A stretch of DNA of 64,000 nucleotides from Candidatus Latescibacterota bacterium (GCA_022821275.1 JAJEDY010000067.1:47958-111957); one strand, 5' to 3'. Counted from the stretch's first letter, positions 41,600-51,185 are shown. The notes: generated by a model from the sequence alone, not told the origin. Translations and numbers: made by a program.

Positions 41600-42925
41600 A
41601 TGAAAATGATACAAAAGCCAACCAACCGTTTGCTACCTGCCATAATACTATCAATCGCGCTACTCGGATGCAGTAAATTACCGGAGGTCTCTCCCACGGC
41701 ACCGCCTTCAACTGAGACAGAAGAAACACAATCAAACGAAGTGCGATCAGAAAAGACGCGAGTGGCCGTACCTCTGGCGACAGATTCAGAGCTAACAGAC
41801 CTGGTCCGCGGAAACAACGACTTCGCCTTTGGCCTGTATCAAAAGTTGCGCGAAGAAGAAAGCGGAAACCTGTTTTATTCGCCCTACAGCATCTCGCTGG
41901 CACTTGCGATGACCTATGCCGGCGCCAGGGACGAAACCGAACGCCAGATGTCAAACGCACTACACTTCACCCTGTCCCAGGACAAGTTGCACCCCGCGTT
42001 CAACGCCCTCGATCTCCTGCTCGCCTCTCGCGGCGAAGGAAGCAGTGGCCAGGATGGCAAGGGGTTTCGATTGAACATCGCCAATGCCATCTGGGGACAA
42101 CGGGGCTATGCCTTCCTGCAGAACTTTCTGGACAAACTCGCTGAAAATTACGGCGCTGGAATGAGAATTGCAAACTTCACTGAAGCGCCTGAAGATTCGC
42201 GCGTCACAATCAACGATTGGGTTGCCAATCAAACAGAAGAGAAAATCAAAGATTTGATTCCTTCCGGTGCCATTAACCCCTTGACTCGTTTAGTCCTGAC
42301 AAACGCCATCTATTTCAACGCGGCGTGGCTCCACCCTTTCGACGTAAGAGCCACTGCTGAAGGCGACTTCCATTTGCTAAATGGCAGCAGCGTAAAAGCA
42401 CCCATGATGCGACAGACCGAATCATTCGGCTATGCGAGGAGCACGGGATATCAAGCTGTGGAATTGCTCTACGACGGCAGTGAAATATCCATGGTCATCC
42501 TGCTCCCCGACAAAGGCACTTTTGACGCGTTCGAAAATACGCTAAACGCCGAACTCATCAGTCAGATATCGAAAGACCTGAGACGCCAGCGCATAGAACT
42601 CACCATGCCCTCATTTGGATTTGAAGCGCAATTCAAATTGGGTGCAACCCTCAAGAAGATGGGAATGTCCGATGCCTTTGACCCGCAATTAGCGGACTTC
42701 TCGGGCATGGATGGAACAAAAGACCTGTCCATTTCAGATGCGTTTCACAAGGCGTTTGTCCTGGTCAATGAGAATGGCACAGAAGCCGCTGCTGCTACCG
42801 GCGTAGTCATAGGCGTAACATCCCTTCCCCCCAGAGTCACGGTCGATCGGCCATTCATCTTCCTCATCCGGGACATAGCGACCAATACCACCCTGTTTGT
42901 CGGGCGAGTAATGGACCCGAGATAA
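41600..42925 (+). CDS. Serpin (serine protease inhibitor) lipoprotein with an inhibitory-type hinge
   Basis: Lipobox LLGCSK. Serpin core (NAIYFNAAW, FHKAFVLVNENGTEAAAATG) and the RCL ...VVIGVTSLPPRVTVDRPFIF. AAGGAGG ribosome-binding site. Confidence 0.85.
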   Translation: MKMIQKPTNRLLPAIILSIALLGCSKLPEVSPTAPPSTETEETQSNEVRSEKTRVAVPLATDSELTDLVRGNNDFAFGLYQKLREEESGNLFYSPYSISLALAMTYAGARDETERQMSNALHFTLSQDKLHPAFNALDLLLASRGEGSSGQDGKGFRLNIANAIWGQRGYAFLQNFLDKLAENYGAGMRIANFTEAPEDSRVTINDWVANQTEEKIKDLIPSGAINPLTRLVLTNAIYFNAAWLHPFDVRATAEGDFHLLNGSSVKAPMMRQTESFGYARSTGYQAVELLYDGSEISMVILLPDKGTFDAFENTLNAELISQISKDLRRQRIELTMPSFGFEAQFKLGATLKKMGMSDAFDPQLADFSGMDGTKDLSISDAFHKAFVLVNENGTEAAAATGVVIGVTSLPPRVTVDRPFIFLIRDIATNTTLFVGRVMDPR

Positions 42926-42942
42926 TACAAGGATATCACAAC

Positions 42943-43692
42943 ATGATCACAGAAGAAGACCTCTGGTATTTCAAAACCACTGGATTTTACAAAGTCCGCG
43001 AGACCCTGCCTGGCGACCTTGTCGATCGCCTAAACGAGGTCACCTCCCGGCAAATTGCAGGCATGCGCGCACCCATTGTTTGGGAAGAAAAAGAAGATCG
43101 GACGCCAGAAAATGTACGCCGTCTCTCAAAAATTTTCTTGCGAGACCCCGTCTATTTTGAAGCCGCGTCTCACCCCATCATCCTCAACGCCCTCGAAGGC
43201 ATCATCGGTCCAAACATCGAAGTACTCACCAACAAACACAACCACGTCATGGTGCGCCCATCCGGATCTTATCCCGTCCCCTGGCACGCCGGTGAAGAAC
43301 CCTATGACCACACCCTTATCACCGGTTTAATATATCTCGAAGAATCAACCGTTGAAAACGGATGTGTACGCATCGTGCCCGGCAGCCATAACCGGCCATT
43401 TCTCAACCCGCGCCGACCACAGAAACAAAGAGACAATTTTTACTACAGCGACAACTATTACCGCGCAGTGCCAATCCCCATGCCGCGCGGCGGTGTCCTC
43501 CTCTTTAACGACTGCTGTTATCACGGATCTGACACAAATAGTTCCGATCATTCTCGCCGCAGCATGACGGTTGCCTATCGCGCCCACGACGCCCACGACG
43601 TGATCAAAGACGACCCGGAAAAAGTTCTCGTACGCGGCGAAAAAGTCTATACGGGACATCCCCATCCCTATTCTCTTCCCGTTCAGGAGTAA
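42943..43692 (+). CDS. PhyH-family Fe(II)/2OG oxygenase paralog with H-A-G in place of the H-x-D/E iron ligand (halogenase-like motif)
   Basis: Aligns with the downstream paralog (…NKHNH…YLEE…ENGC.RIVPGSH…). H-A-G aligns exactly to the H-R-D of the paralog. The second His (GSHN) is conserved. Confidence 0.65.
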   Translation: MITEEDLWYFKTTGFYKVRETLPGDLVDRLNEVTSRQIAGMRAPIVWEEKEDRTPENVRRLSKIFLRDPVYFEAASHPIILNALEGIIGPNIEVLTNKHNHVMVRPSGSYPVPWHAGEEPYDHTLITGLIYLEESTVENGCVRIVPGSHNRPFLNPRRPQKQRDNFYYSDNYYRAVPIPMPRGGVLLFNDCCYHGSDTNSSDHSRRSMTVAYRAHDAHDVIKDDPEKVLVRGEKVYTGHPHPYSLPVQE

Positions 43693-43695
43693 GAC

Positions 43696-44403
43696 ATGCC
43701 CTCACTCACCATGCGACAAATCCAGCTCTTTCGAAACAACGGATTTCTCTGTCTTCCAGACCGCCTACCAGAAAAAATGGTTGAAAACTTAAAGACCGCT
43801 ATCACGGAAGACATTGACCGCAAAATCGAACCCATCGTACGCAATAAGAATGGCCGCGCCGTGCGTATCTCTGCCCTTATGGACCGCGCGCCGATCTTCC
43901 GAGAAGCAGTCACGCATCCACACGCGCTCGACCCACTCGAATCGCTTCTGGGACCCAACATCGAAATCCTCACCAACCGCCACAATCACGCCACCTTGCG
44001 CACAGCAGAAGACAACAAAGGCGCGTATCTTCACCGCGATGTCAGACAGTGGACGCGCACCATCTACACCATCATCTTTTACCTCGAAGAAACCACCCTT
44101 GAAAATGGATGCACCCGCATTGTACCCGGATCGCATCACTTCCCCGGCGTCTCCACATCTATTCACGATGCAGACTGGGCAAGCGACGTCCTCGGTCAAG
44201 CACTCCCCGTACCCATGCCCGCAGGTGGCATGCTCGCAATCGACAGCATGGTTGTCCACGGCGCAGGCGAAAACCATACCGACGACACGCGCATGAGCAT
44301 GACGGTTGGCTATCACAGCGTCGATGAACTCATGGACATTCCCAATCCCAAACGCCTGCTCGTGCGCGGCGAGGGACTGTATAACGGGAATGATCGAAAA
44401 TAG
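43696..44403 (+). CDS. Phytanoyl-CoA dioxygenase (PhyH) family Fe(II)/2OG oxygenase, canonical HxD…H
   Basis: LHRDV...RIVPGSHH motifs. It is a tandem paralog of the upstream gene, 4 nt away. Confidence 0.75.
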   Translation: MPSLTMRQIQLFRNNGFLCLPDRLPEKMVENLKTAITEDIDRKIEPIVRNKNGRAVRISALMDRAPIFREAVTHPHALDPLESLLGPNIEILTNRHNHATLRTAEDNKGAYLHRDVRQWTRTIYTIIFYLEETTLENGCTRIVPGSHHFPGVSTSIHDADWASDVLGQALPVPMPAGGMLAIDSMVVHGAGENHTDDTRMSMTVGYHSVDELMDIPNPKRLLVRGEGLYNGNDRK

Positions 44404-44488
44404 GATCGGGATTTTCAGAGCTTGCACTGGAAAGGTTCTATCCAGTGATTAAAGGATTGCAGACTGTGATCATTGCAGGCTGCATTTT

Positions 44489-44516
44489 ACTTCTCACTTC
44501 TCACTTCTCACTTCTT
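44489..44516. repeat. Tandem heptamer array (ACTTCTC x3, ACTTCTT), copy B of the dispersed family
   Basis: Read directly from the sequence. It sits in the 123-nt gap upstream of the sulfatase gene. Confidence 0.75.
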
Positions 44517-44526
44517 CTTTCGCCTT

Positions 44527-45990
44527 ATGACGCCTAATATTATCATCATCATCTCCGACCAGCACAATCCCCATGCAATGGGATGTGCGGGAAATCCCAT
44601 TGTGCAAACGCCCAATTTAGATACGCTTGCGCGTCGCGGAACCCGGTTCCGCAATGCGTATTGCCCCTATCCCCTCTGTGCGCCTTCGCGGTCGGGCTTT
44701 ATGTCCGCGCAGTACCCCAGCGATGTGGGCGTCTATGACAACAGCGGCAGCCTGTCATTTGACACCCCCACATTTGCCCATGCATTTGGCGCGGCGGGAT
44801 ACGAAGCCGTACTATGCGGTCGCATGCACTTTAGAAACCCCGACCAATTCCACGGCTTTGAAAAACGCATCCACGCCGACTGCGGCGGGCTATCCGCAGA
44901 AATTCTCGGCTCTGGATACAACCGCACCACGGGACAGACCAAATACGGCGTCCAGGTATCCGGCTATGGCGAAACCGGTTATCGCTACTTTGACAAATCC
45001 GTCACCGAAACAGCCTGCAAATTCATCGCCGATCGGCAAAACAGCGACAGACCTTATGCCCTCGTCGTCGGCTACATGAACCCGCACAATCCCCTCATCT
45101 GCGGCAGAGAAGACTTCGAGTATTACATGGCGCAAATCCCACCGCTCGAACCCGAATCACCCGAATACCTAAACGCCTTGCATCCGGCCATGAAAAAATG
45201 GCGCGAGCGACGCGGCGTTGAAGACATCACGCCAGAACAAAACCGCCGCGGGTTAGCCGCTTATTACGGCCTGACGACCGAACTTGACCGGTATATCGGT
45301 CAAATCATTGACACCGTACAATCCTCCTCTAATGCAGACAACACCGTCATCATCTACACCTCGGACCACGGCGACATGGCCCATGAACACGGCATGTGGT
45401 GGAAAAGCAGTTTTTACGAAGGCTCTGTGGGCATTCCCATGATCTGCTCATGGCCGGGCCATCTTCACGAAAACCACACCGAAGATGCCATCGTCAACCT
45501 CATCGACGTAGGCCCCACAGCTCTGGACATTGTGGGCGCAGACCCCCTGCCCGATGTCTCGGGCAAAAGTTTCGCCTCATTCCTCCAGGGTACCCCACCA
45601 TCGGACTGGCCCAATGAAGTCTTTGCAGAATACATCGGCCTACTCGGCGACCAGCCCGCGTGCATGCTCCGCACGGGACCGTGGAAATTGAACTATTACT
45701 CCGAATTTGACTCTTGCCAATTGTTCAACATCGATCAGGATCCCGAAGAACGTCGCGACCTGTCCAATGATCCCCGATATCGTGACGTAATCCAATCGGG
45801 CCTCAAAAAAATCTTTGCACGCTGGTCTGCTGATGACATTTTAAAACAAGCCGAACGACAAGCGCGCGCCCGAGTACTCATCGCGCGCTGTGGACACAGC
45901 CACATCCCCCACGCCATCCCCCCATTCGCGCCAAACATCGACGAAGTAAACGAATTCGACTTCTCACAACTACCCGAAGACCCGAGATAG
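44527..45990 (+). CDS. Sulfatase (type I), canonical C-A-P-S-R motif; no signal peptide
   Basis: MTPNIIIIISDQHNPH... and CPYPLCAPSRSGFMSAQYP. 487 aa from the internal ATG at 44527. Confidence 0.85.
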   Translation: MTPNIIIIISDQHNPHAMGCAGNPIVQTPNLDTLARRGTRFRNAYCPYPLCAPSRSGFMSAQYPSDVGVYDNSGSLSFDTPTFAHAFGAAGYEAVLCGRMHFRNPDQFHGFEKRIHADCGGLSAEILGSGYNRTTGQTKYGVQVSGYGETGYRYFDKSVTETACKFIADRQNSDRPYALVVGYMNPHNPLICGREDFEYYMAQIPPLEPESPEYLNALHPAMKKWRERRGVEDITPEQNRRGLAAYYGLTTELDRYIGQIIDTVQSSSNADNTVIIYTSDHGDMAHEHGMWWKSSFYEGSVGIPMICSWPGHLHENHTEDAIVNLIDVGPTALDIVGADPLPDVSGKSFASFLQGTPPSDWPNEVFAEYIGLLGDQPACMLRTGPWKLNYYSEFDSCQLFNIDQDPEERRDLSNDPRYRDVIQSGLKKIFARWSADDILKQAERQARARVLIARCGHSHIPHAIPPFAPNIDEVNEFDFSQLPEDPR

Positions 45991-46069
45991 TATTGCACAA
46001 AACTGATATTGAGGTATCTTACTTCATGGAAAAGACCATCGTCAAATCCACCCATATCTGGAGGAGATT

Positions 46070-46801
46070 ATGACACGAGGACGATTGCTGGTCTTGCTGA
46101 CTGGCCTGCTATTATTGTGCGGGTGCGGCGGCGAACGCGATCCCGTCGTTGAAATGCAAAAATCGCTGGCCTCGGCACCGGCATATATGATTGTATTGGA
46201 TGACATGCGTGAAGAAGGCACTCTTTTCACCACGTATTATCACCGGTATTTAATTACACAGGGAGAAAAAAAGGTACAATCGGACTGGATAGAAGTATCG
46301 GAATCCATCTATCGAAAATACGAACCATTTTTGGGAATGGCGCTCGTTGCCAAATCGGAGCAAGATGGGGTAAACAATACGCCACATCCCCCCGGATACC
46401 ACTATGTGGGCAATCCGAGCTACGGGCGTTGGACGGATCGCGGAGGCACATCGTTCTGGGAATTCTACGGCCAATACGCGCTCATGAGTCATTTGCTCGG
46501 TTGGGGTGGCGGATTTGGCATGAGTCGCTACGATTACGACGATTATCGGTCTTACCGCCGGGATCGACGTCCGTATTACGGACGAAATCGGGAGTATGGC
46601 ACGCAGGGATCTGTCACGCAAAAACAAAAACCATCGACATTCCAGCGGCGCCAGGCAAACATAGCGCAAAAGAGACAGTCGTTTACACAAAGAGTACAAA
46701 GTCGCGCGAGCCAGAACCGCACGGGATTTGGCAGCTCGCGTTCAACAAGTCGCAGCCGATCTGGATTTGGCAGCCGCAGTTTTGGAGGGTTTGGAAAATG
46801 A
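46070..46801 (+). CDS. DUF1190/YjfM-like lipoprotein
   Basis: Lipobox LLLLCGCGG. The SFWEFYGQYALMSHLLGWGGGFG segment and the Ser/Arg/Gly-rich tail resemble E. coli YjfM. Confidence 0.5.
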   Translation: MTRGRLLVLLTGLLLLCGCGGERDPVVEMQKSLASAPAYMIVLDDMREEGTLFTTYYHRYLITQGEKKVQSDWIEVSESIYRKYEPFLGMALVAKSEQDGVNNTPHPPGYHYVGNPSYGRWTDRGGTSFWEFYGQYALMSHLLGWGGGFGMSRYDYDDYRSYRRDRRPYYGRNREYGTQGSVTQKQKPSTFQRRQANIAQKRQSFTQRVQSRASQNRTGFGSSRSTSRSRSGFGSRSFGGFGK

Positions 46802-47643
46802 TAGTACAGGACTTAATCGCAACGGGTATTTATCTCATCAGCGCGTTTGTATTATTCTGGATCGGCAAATTGGTCAAAGACTTGACGACAACGAGTTACA
46901 GCGTGCGGGAAGAACTGGTCGAAAAAGACAACGTCGCACTGGGTGTAGCCATGGCGGGATATTATTTTGGATTGATATTGGCCATTGGCGGCACCTTGTC
47001 CGGGCCATCTCAGGGATTGGAAAACGACTTGATCGACATCGGCATATACGGATTGCTCGCAATCATCTTGCTAAATCTGTCGCGTCTGGTCAACGACGGA
47101 TTGATCTTGCACGGATTCAAAATTCGGGATGAATTGATCGACGATCAAAACGCGGGCACGGGTGTCGTAATCGCCGCGACATATATCGCAACGGGATTGG
47201 TGATCTTTGGCGCGGTCTCGGGTGAAATTGGCGGAATAGTGACAACAGTGATCTTCTGGGCATTGGGCCAGGCCGCCCTGATACTGGCCGGGCTGGTGTA
47301 CGAATGGATTACCCCATATAGCATTCACGATGAAATCGAAAAAGACAATGTCGCTGCGGGCGTCGCTTTTGCCGGCGCACTGGTCGGCATTGGCGTCATC
47401 GTATTTCACGCATCGGCGGGCGATTTTATTTCCTGGACTGTGAATTTGCAGGATTTCGCAATCGAAGTCGTCGCGGGATTAATACTGCTACCCATCGTCC
47501 GATTCATCTCCGATGTGATCCTCTTGCCCGGACAAAAACTGACCGACGAAATCGCCAATCAAGAACACCCCAATCTGGGCGCGGGCTTCATCGAAGCCAC
47601 GTCTTATGTCGGCGCATCATTTCTGATTGTGTGGAGTTTGTGA
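46798..47643 (+). CDS. DUF350 (YjfL-like) multi-repeat membrane protein
   Basis: Four DUF350-like repeats (…EKDNVALGVAMAGYY…, …DDQNAGTGVVIAATY…, …EKDNVAAGVAFAG…, …NQEHPNLGAGFIEA…). ATGA overlap with the upstream gene. Confidence 0.7.
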   Translation: MIVQDLIATGIYLISAFVLFWIGKLVKDLTTTSYSVREELVEKDNVALGVAMAGYYFGLILAIGGTLSGPSQGLENDLIDIGIYGLLAIILLNLSRLVNDGLILHGFKIRDELIDDQNAGTGVVIAATYIATGLVIFGAVSGEIGGIVTTVIFWALGQAALILAGLVYEWITPYSIHDEIEKDNVAAGVAFAGALVGIGVIVFHASAGDFISWTVNLQDFAIEVVAGLILLPIVRFISDVILLPGQKLTDEIANQEHPNLGAGFIEATSYVGASFLIVWSL

Positions 47644-47709
47644 AAAAGGAAGTTGTATTAAATCTTTCCAACTCGGCGGGATGAACACCCGTCGAGTTGT
47701 TTATTTTTT

Positions 47710-49245
47710 ATGCGTCAAAGCTACCTCTTAAAAGCCTGTATATTCGCCACGGGATGCGCGGGCATAGTAGCGGAATTTACGCTATCAACGCTGGCGAGCT
47801 ATCTATTGGGCAACACGACATTGCAGTGGGCTGTGCTCATGTCATTGATGTTATTTGCCATGGGCCTGGGCAGTCGGTGGAGTCGGTTATTAACGGACCG
47901 GTTGCTGGATCGCTTTATCGCAATCGAATTTTATCTCTCGGCTCTGTGCGCCACCTGCGCGGTTGTGGCGTATTTTGGATCAGTACTCGCGTTATCGGCA
48001 GGCGTTTTTATCTATAGTTATGCCTTTGCCATCGGCGTGCTAATCGGCATGGAAATTCCGCTGGTGGCGCGCATGAACGAAGCGTATCAGGATCTGCGCA
48101 CCAACATCGCTTCAGTAATGGAAAAAGACTATTTTGGTGCATTGATAGGCGGACTATTGTTCGCCTTTTTTTTATTACCAGAATTGGGGCTGACTTACAC
48201 ACCACTCGCATTGGCCGCGATTAACTTTATCGTGGCATCGGTATTGCTGTGGCAATATCGACACTTATTGGCGCGTCGCGGGTGGCTACTAACGGCATTC
48301 TGGATCCTGGGCGCGGGCCTTCTGATACTGGGCCTTTATATCCGTCCCATTGTCATATGGGGCGAACAAAGTCGGTATCGCGACCGCGTAGTCTATCAAG
48401 AGCAAACTGCTTACCAACGCATTGTCATAACAGAATGGAAGGGCCACCACTGGCTGCACTTAAATGGCAATGTGCAATTTAGCACCTATGACGAAGAACG
48501 CTATCACGAATCGCTGGTACATCCAGCCATGCAATTATCGGGATCGCGGAACAACGTACTCATCTTAGGCGGGGGGGATGGACTCGCCGTGCGCGAAGTC
48601 GTAAAATACGCAGATGTAAAAGCGATTACGCTGGTAGATTTAGACAAAGCGATAATCGACCTGGCGCGCACACACCCGGTCTTTGTAGAAGCGAATGCGC
48701 GAGCGCTGGACGACCCGCGTGTCAATGTGGTAATCGGCGATGCGGGCGCATTTTTGGCGCATTCAGAAGCATTATTCAATATCATCATCATCGACTTGCC
48801 CGATCCCAAAGGACCGGACCTCGCCAGATTGTATTCGCGGGAATTTTATCGCCTATGCGCGCGTCACTTAACACCCGATGGCGTACTGGTAACCCAGGCG
48901 TCGAGTCCCCTCAATGCGCGCCTTGCTTTTCTGTGCATTGAGCGCACAATGGCAAACGCTGGTTTTTCCACCATACCCTATCACACCTATATACCGACAA
49001 TGGGAGATTGGGGGTGGGTATTGGGAATGAAAGTCCGGGAAATGCGCGAAGAGGACCTCATTCGCCGGACGCGACAACTCACCTTTGAGGATATTGAAAC
49101 GCAGTTTTTGAATGCAGAAGCAATGCGGGGAATGTTGCACTTCTGGAAGGGCATGTTTGACGACAAACATGCAATTGAGGTAAGCACAGAAATAGAACCG
49201 ACAGTGGATCGGTACTATCGAAAATCAGAATGGGGATTTGAGTAG
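47710..49245 (+). CDS. Spermidine-synthase-family (polyamine aminopropyltransferase-like) protein fused to an N-terminal polytopic membrane domain
   Basis: ~220-aa multi-TM N-terminus followed by the SpeE-like domain (VLILGGGDGLAVREV, IIIDLPDP, GVLVTQASSP). Confidence 0.75.
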   Translation: MRQSYLLKACIFATGCAGIVAEFTLSTLASYLLGNTTLQWAVLMSLMLFAMGLGSRWSRLLTDRLLDRFIAIEFYLSALCATCAVVAYFGSVLALSAGVFIYSYAFAIGVLIGMEIPLVARMNEAYQDLRTNIASVMEKDYFGALIGGLLFAFFLLPELGLTYTPLALAAINFIVASVLLWQYRHLLARRGWLLTAFWILGAGLLILGLYIRPIVIWGEQSRYRDRVVYQEQTAYQRIVITEWKGHHWLHLNGNVQFSTYDEERYHESLVHPAMQLSGSRNNVLILGGGDGLAVREVVKYADVKAITLVDLDKAIIDLARTHPVFVEANARALDDPRVNVVIGDAGAFLAHSEALFNIIIIDLPDPKGPDLARLYSREFYRLCARHLTPDGVLVTQASSPLNARLAFLCIERTMANAGFSTIPYHTYIPTMGDWGWVLGMKVREMREEDLIRRTRQLTFEDIETQFLNAEAMRGMLHFWKGMFDDKHAIEVSTEIEPTVDRYYRKSEWGFE

Positions 49246-49250
49246 AGATA

Positions 49251-49796
49251 TTAATCTACAGGCAAAATATTGGTAAATTGATATTCTTCGACAATCTCAC
49301 CCACTGCGGCATCAAAAGCGTCTTCATCCCATTGCTCGATAGATAGGGTATGCGCCTCCGAGTCGTCGAGATAATTCCAGATGATAAACTGCTGTCCCTC
49401 GTCTCCGCCATCTTTGTAAAAAGATCCAACGGCTGACGATACGCCATAGAACACAATCCCATGGCATCTAACTTCATCTGGGGGATCCTCATTGTCGTGG
49501 TCGCGCATATGCCCACGGATATCGCTCTCAATATCGGAAAGGGGGATCTTGCGCGTCAGTATCCAGGAAATACTGTCGTCTTCTGACCGCTCGAGAAATG
49601 CCACATCATCGCCGCAGGTGAGTTCCCATTCATCCACGCGATCGCCTTCGTAATCGTAATAATGCTGCGCAGTAACCTGCCATGTTTTGAGATCGTAGTC
49701 GAGAACATAACCCATCTTGAGATCGGACAGCGTAACACTAAGGGGGTCGAGAGCCTCGGGTTCTTCTTTCTTTTTTTTAAAAGGATTCCAATTCAT
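49251..49796 (-). CDS. DUF4178-like PspA-associated protein
   Basis: 181-aa acidic protein positioned between pspA and the DUF350/SpeE genes, as in known PspA neighbourhoods. Family assignment is from memory of the architecture only. Confidence 0.45.
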   Translation of the reverse strand: MNWNPFKKKKEEPEALDPLSVTLSDLKMGYVLDYDLKTWQVTAQHYYDYEGDRVDEWELTCGDDVAFLERSEDDSISWILTRKIPLSDIESDIRGHMRDHDNEDPPDEVRCHGIVFYGVSSAVGSFYKDGGDEGQQFIIWNYLDDSEAHTLSIEQWDEDAFDAAVGEIVEEYQFTNILPVD

Positions 49797-49876
49797 TTTT
49801 CGTTCCTGTAACCCATGAATCCTCTGCGACAGCTAAAACGGATGCGCCAGTGTCTCCCTCACAGACACACCCGGCG

Positions 49877-50587
49877 TCAGTCTTTTGAAGTCATCCCCAT
49901 CTTTGCTTTGAGTTCAGCAAGGCGTTGATCTGTATCCCCCGATGAGGTACTCAGTGCCGCGTCAATCTCATCATCAACGCTCTTGGATTCACCGGCTATT
50001 TCGCCATAAGCCTGTGAGAGCGATTCATCTTCTTCAACCCGTTCTTTCATGCGCTCGAGCATAGCGATTGTACCAGACGAATCGACTTTGGCGAGTTGCT
50101 TGTTGATTTTCTTGGTCGCAGCGGCTGTTTTTGCTCGCGCACGCAGTGAAATAAGTTCATTTTCGTGCGTTGCAATCGTAGATTTGAGTTTCTCCACCTG
50201 ACTTTGAAGCTTAGTTGCCATATCTTCCTGCATCTCGGCATCCTGCTCAAACTGAGAAATGCGGCTGTCGGCTTCTGATTTGCGACTGAGGGCTTCCGTT
50301 GCCAACCGATCAGCTTCTCCAGCATCCAGATCACCGCTCTGGGCTTTTTGCAGCAAAACCATGGCCTTCCGCTCCCAGTCAGCAGATGCCTTTTTGTTAT
50401 CTTCGGCTTGCTTTCGCAATCGAATGGCCTGCCCTTTGACCTCAGCCAGACTGGTCATCGCGCTATTGAGATCATTTTTCAGATCGCGGATACCCTGTTC
50501 GGTCATTTTGATCGGATCTTCAAATTTGTCAATAGCCGAATGGACTTCGGCCTTGCCCACACTGAAGAGGCGTTGAAAGATGCTCAT
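49877..50587 (-). CDS. pspA: PspA/IM30 family protein (phage-shock protein A-like)
   Basis: MSIFQRLFSVGKAEVHSAIDKFEDPIKMTEQGIRDLKNDL... is the canonical PspA/IM30 N-terminus. 236-aa coiled-coil. Confidence 0.85.
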   Translation of the reverse strand: MSIFQRLFSVGKAEVHSAIDKFEDPIKMTEQGIRDLKNDLNSAMTSLAEVKGQAIRLRKQAEDNKKASADWERKAMVLLQKAQSGDLDAGEADRLATEALSRKSEADSRISQFEQDAEMQEDMATKLQSQVEKLKSTIATHENELISLRARAKTAAATKKINKQLAKVDSSGTIAMLERMKERVEEDESLSQAYGEIAGESKSVDDEIDAALSTSSGDTDQRLAELKAKMGMTSKD

Positions 50588-50672
50588 GAGATACTCCTTT
50601 TTTAAAAATGGTCAGTTTTTGTACGGGCGGGTTTTGAGCGATGTACAACTGCGTAGCAGTTCAACCCGTTCC

Positions 50673-51068
50673 CTACTGATGGCTATATTCGAGTAATTCT
50701 GCGGCATTATCGGCTAAGGCGAGTTCGAGCGCGGTGATAGAGCCTTCAAGCTCAGATCGGTCGAGCGTATCGAGGCGCAGGGTATCGCGGAAAAGAACCG
50801 TGCCGGTTTCATCATCCAGGGCAAACGCTCCGTGGACGAGTGTGCGATTCATTTCGAGCAGCCTTTTGAACAGGTCGCCAGGAACGTTGGGAATAGGCAT
50901 AATAGCCTGCTCAATAATGAGAATGGGATCCTCGCAATCGACAATGAGGTGATTGACACCGCGATCTTCGTCACTCACCACCACGAGTTCTTCAGCGGTA
51001 TCTTCCTCGTCAACTGCGAGATTGAGGTCTTGAAGATAAGATTTGACTGTATCGAAATATTCTGACAT
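50673..51068 (-). CDS. YbjN/DUF2170-like (YjfI-like) protein
   Basis: 131-aa acidic protein with a YbjN-like pattern. It is the upstream gene of the pspA operon. Confidence 0.45.
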   Translation of the reverse strand: MSEYFDTVKSYLQDLNLAVDEEDTAEELVVVSDEDRGVNHLIVDCEDPILIIEQAIMPIPNVPGDLFKRLLEMNRTLVHGAFALDDETGTVLFRDTLRLDTLDRSELEGSITALELALADNAAELLEYSHQ

Positions 51069-51170
51069 TTTAAACTCCTGAAAGCGGTTAGCGGAAAGTG
51101 TAAACCTGACCCACCGTCCTGCCTATGAGATACTCAAGCGAAATATTAGTTTCAAAAATTAACGTTCAAA

Positions 51171-51185
51171 TTGACTTCAAGTCAA
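51171..51185. promoter_or_regulatory. Perfect 7-1-7 palindrome TTGACTT-C-AAGTCAA in the divergent pspA-operon/recJ promoter region
   Basis: Read directly from the sequence. It lies 47-61 nt upstream of the recJ ATG and ~100 nt upstream of the minus-strand operon. Confidence 0.4.

Noticed and set aside
46429-46797. N-terminal 123-aa extension of the track ORF 46429..47643
   Set aside because: It overlaps the upstream lipoprotein gene in another frame. The DUF350 gene starts at the ATG at 46798, which has a ribosome-binding site and an ATGA overlap.
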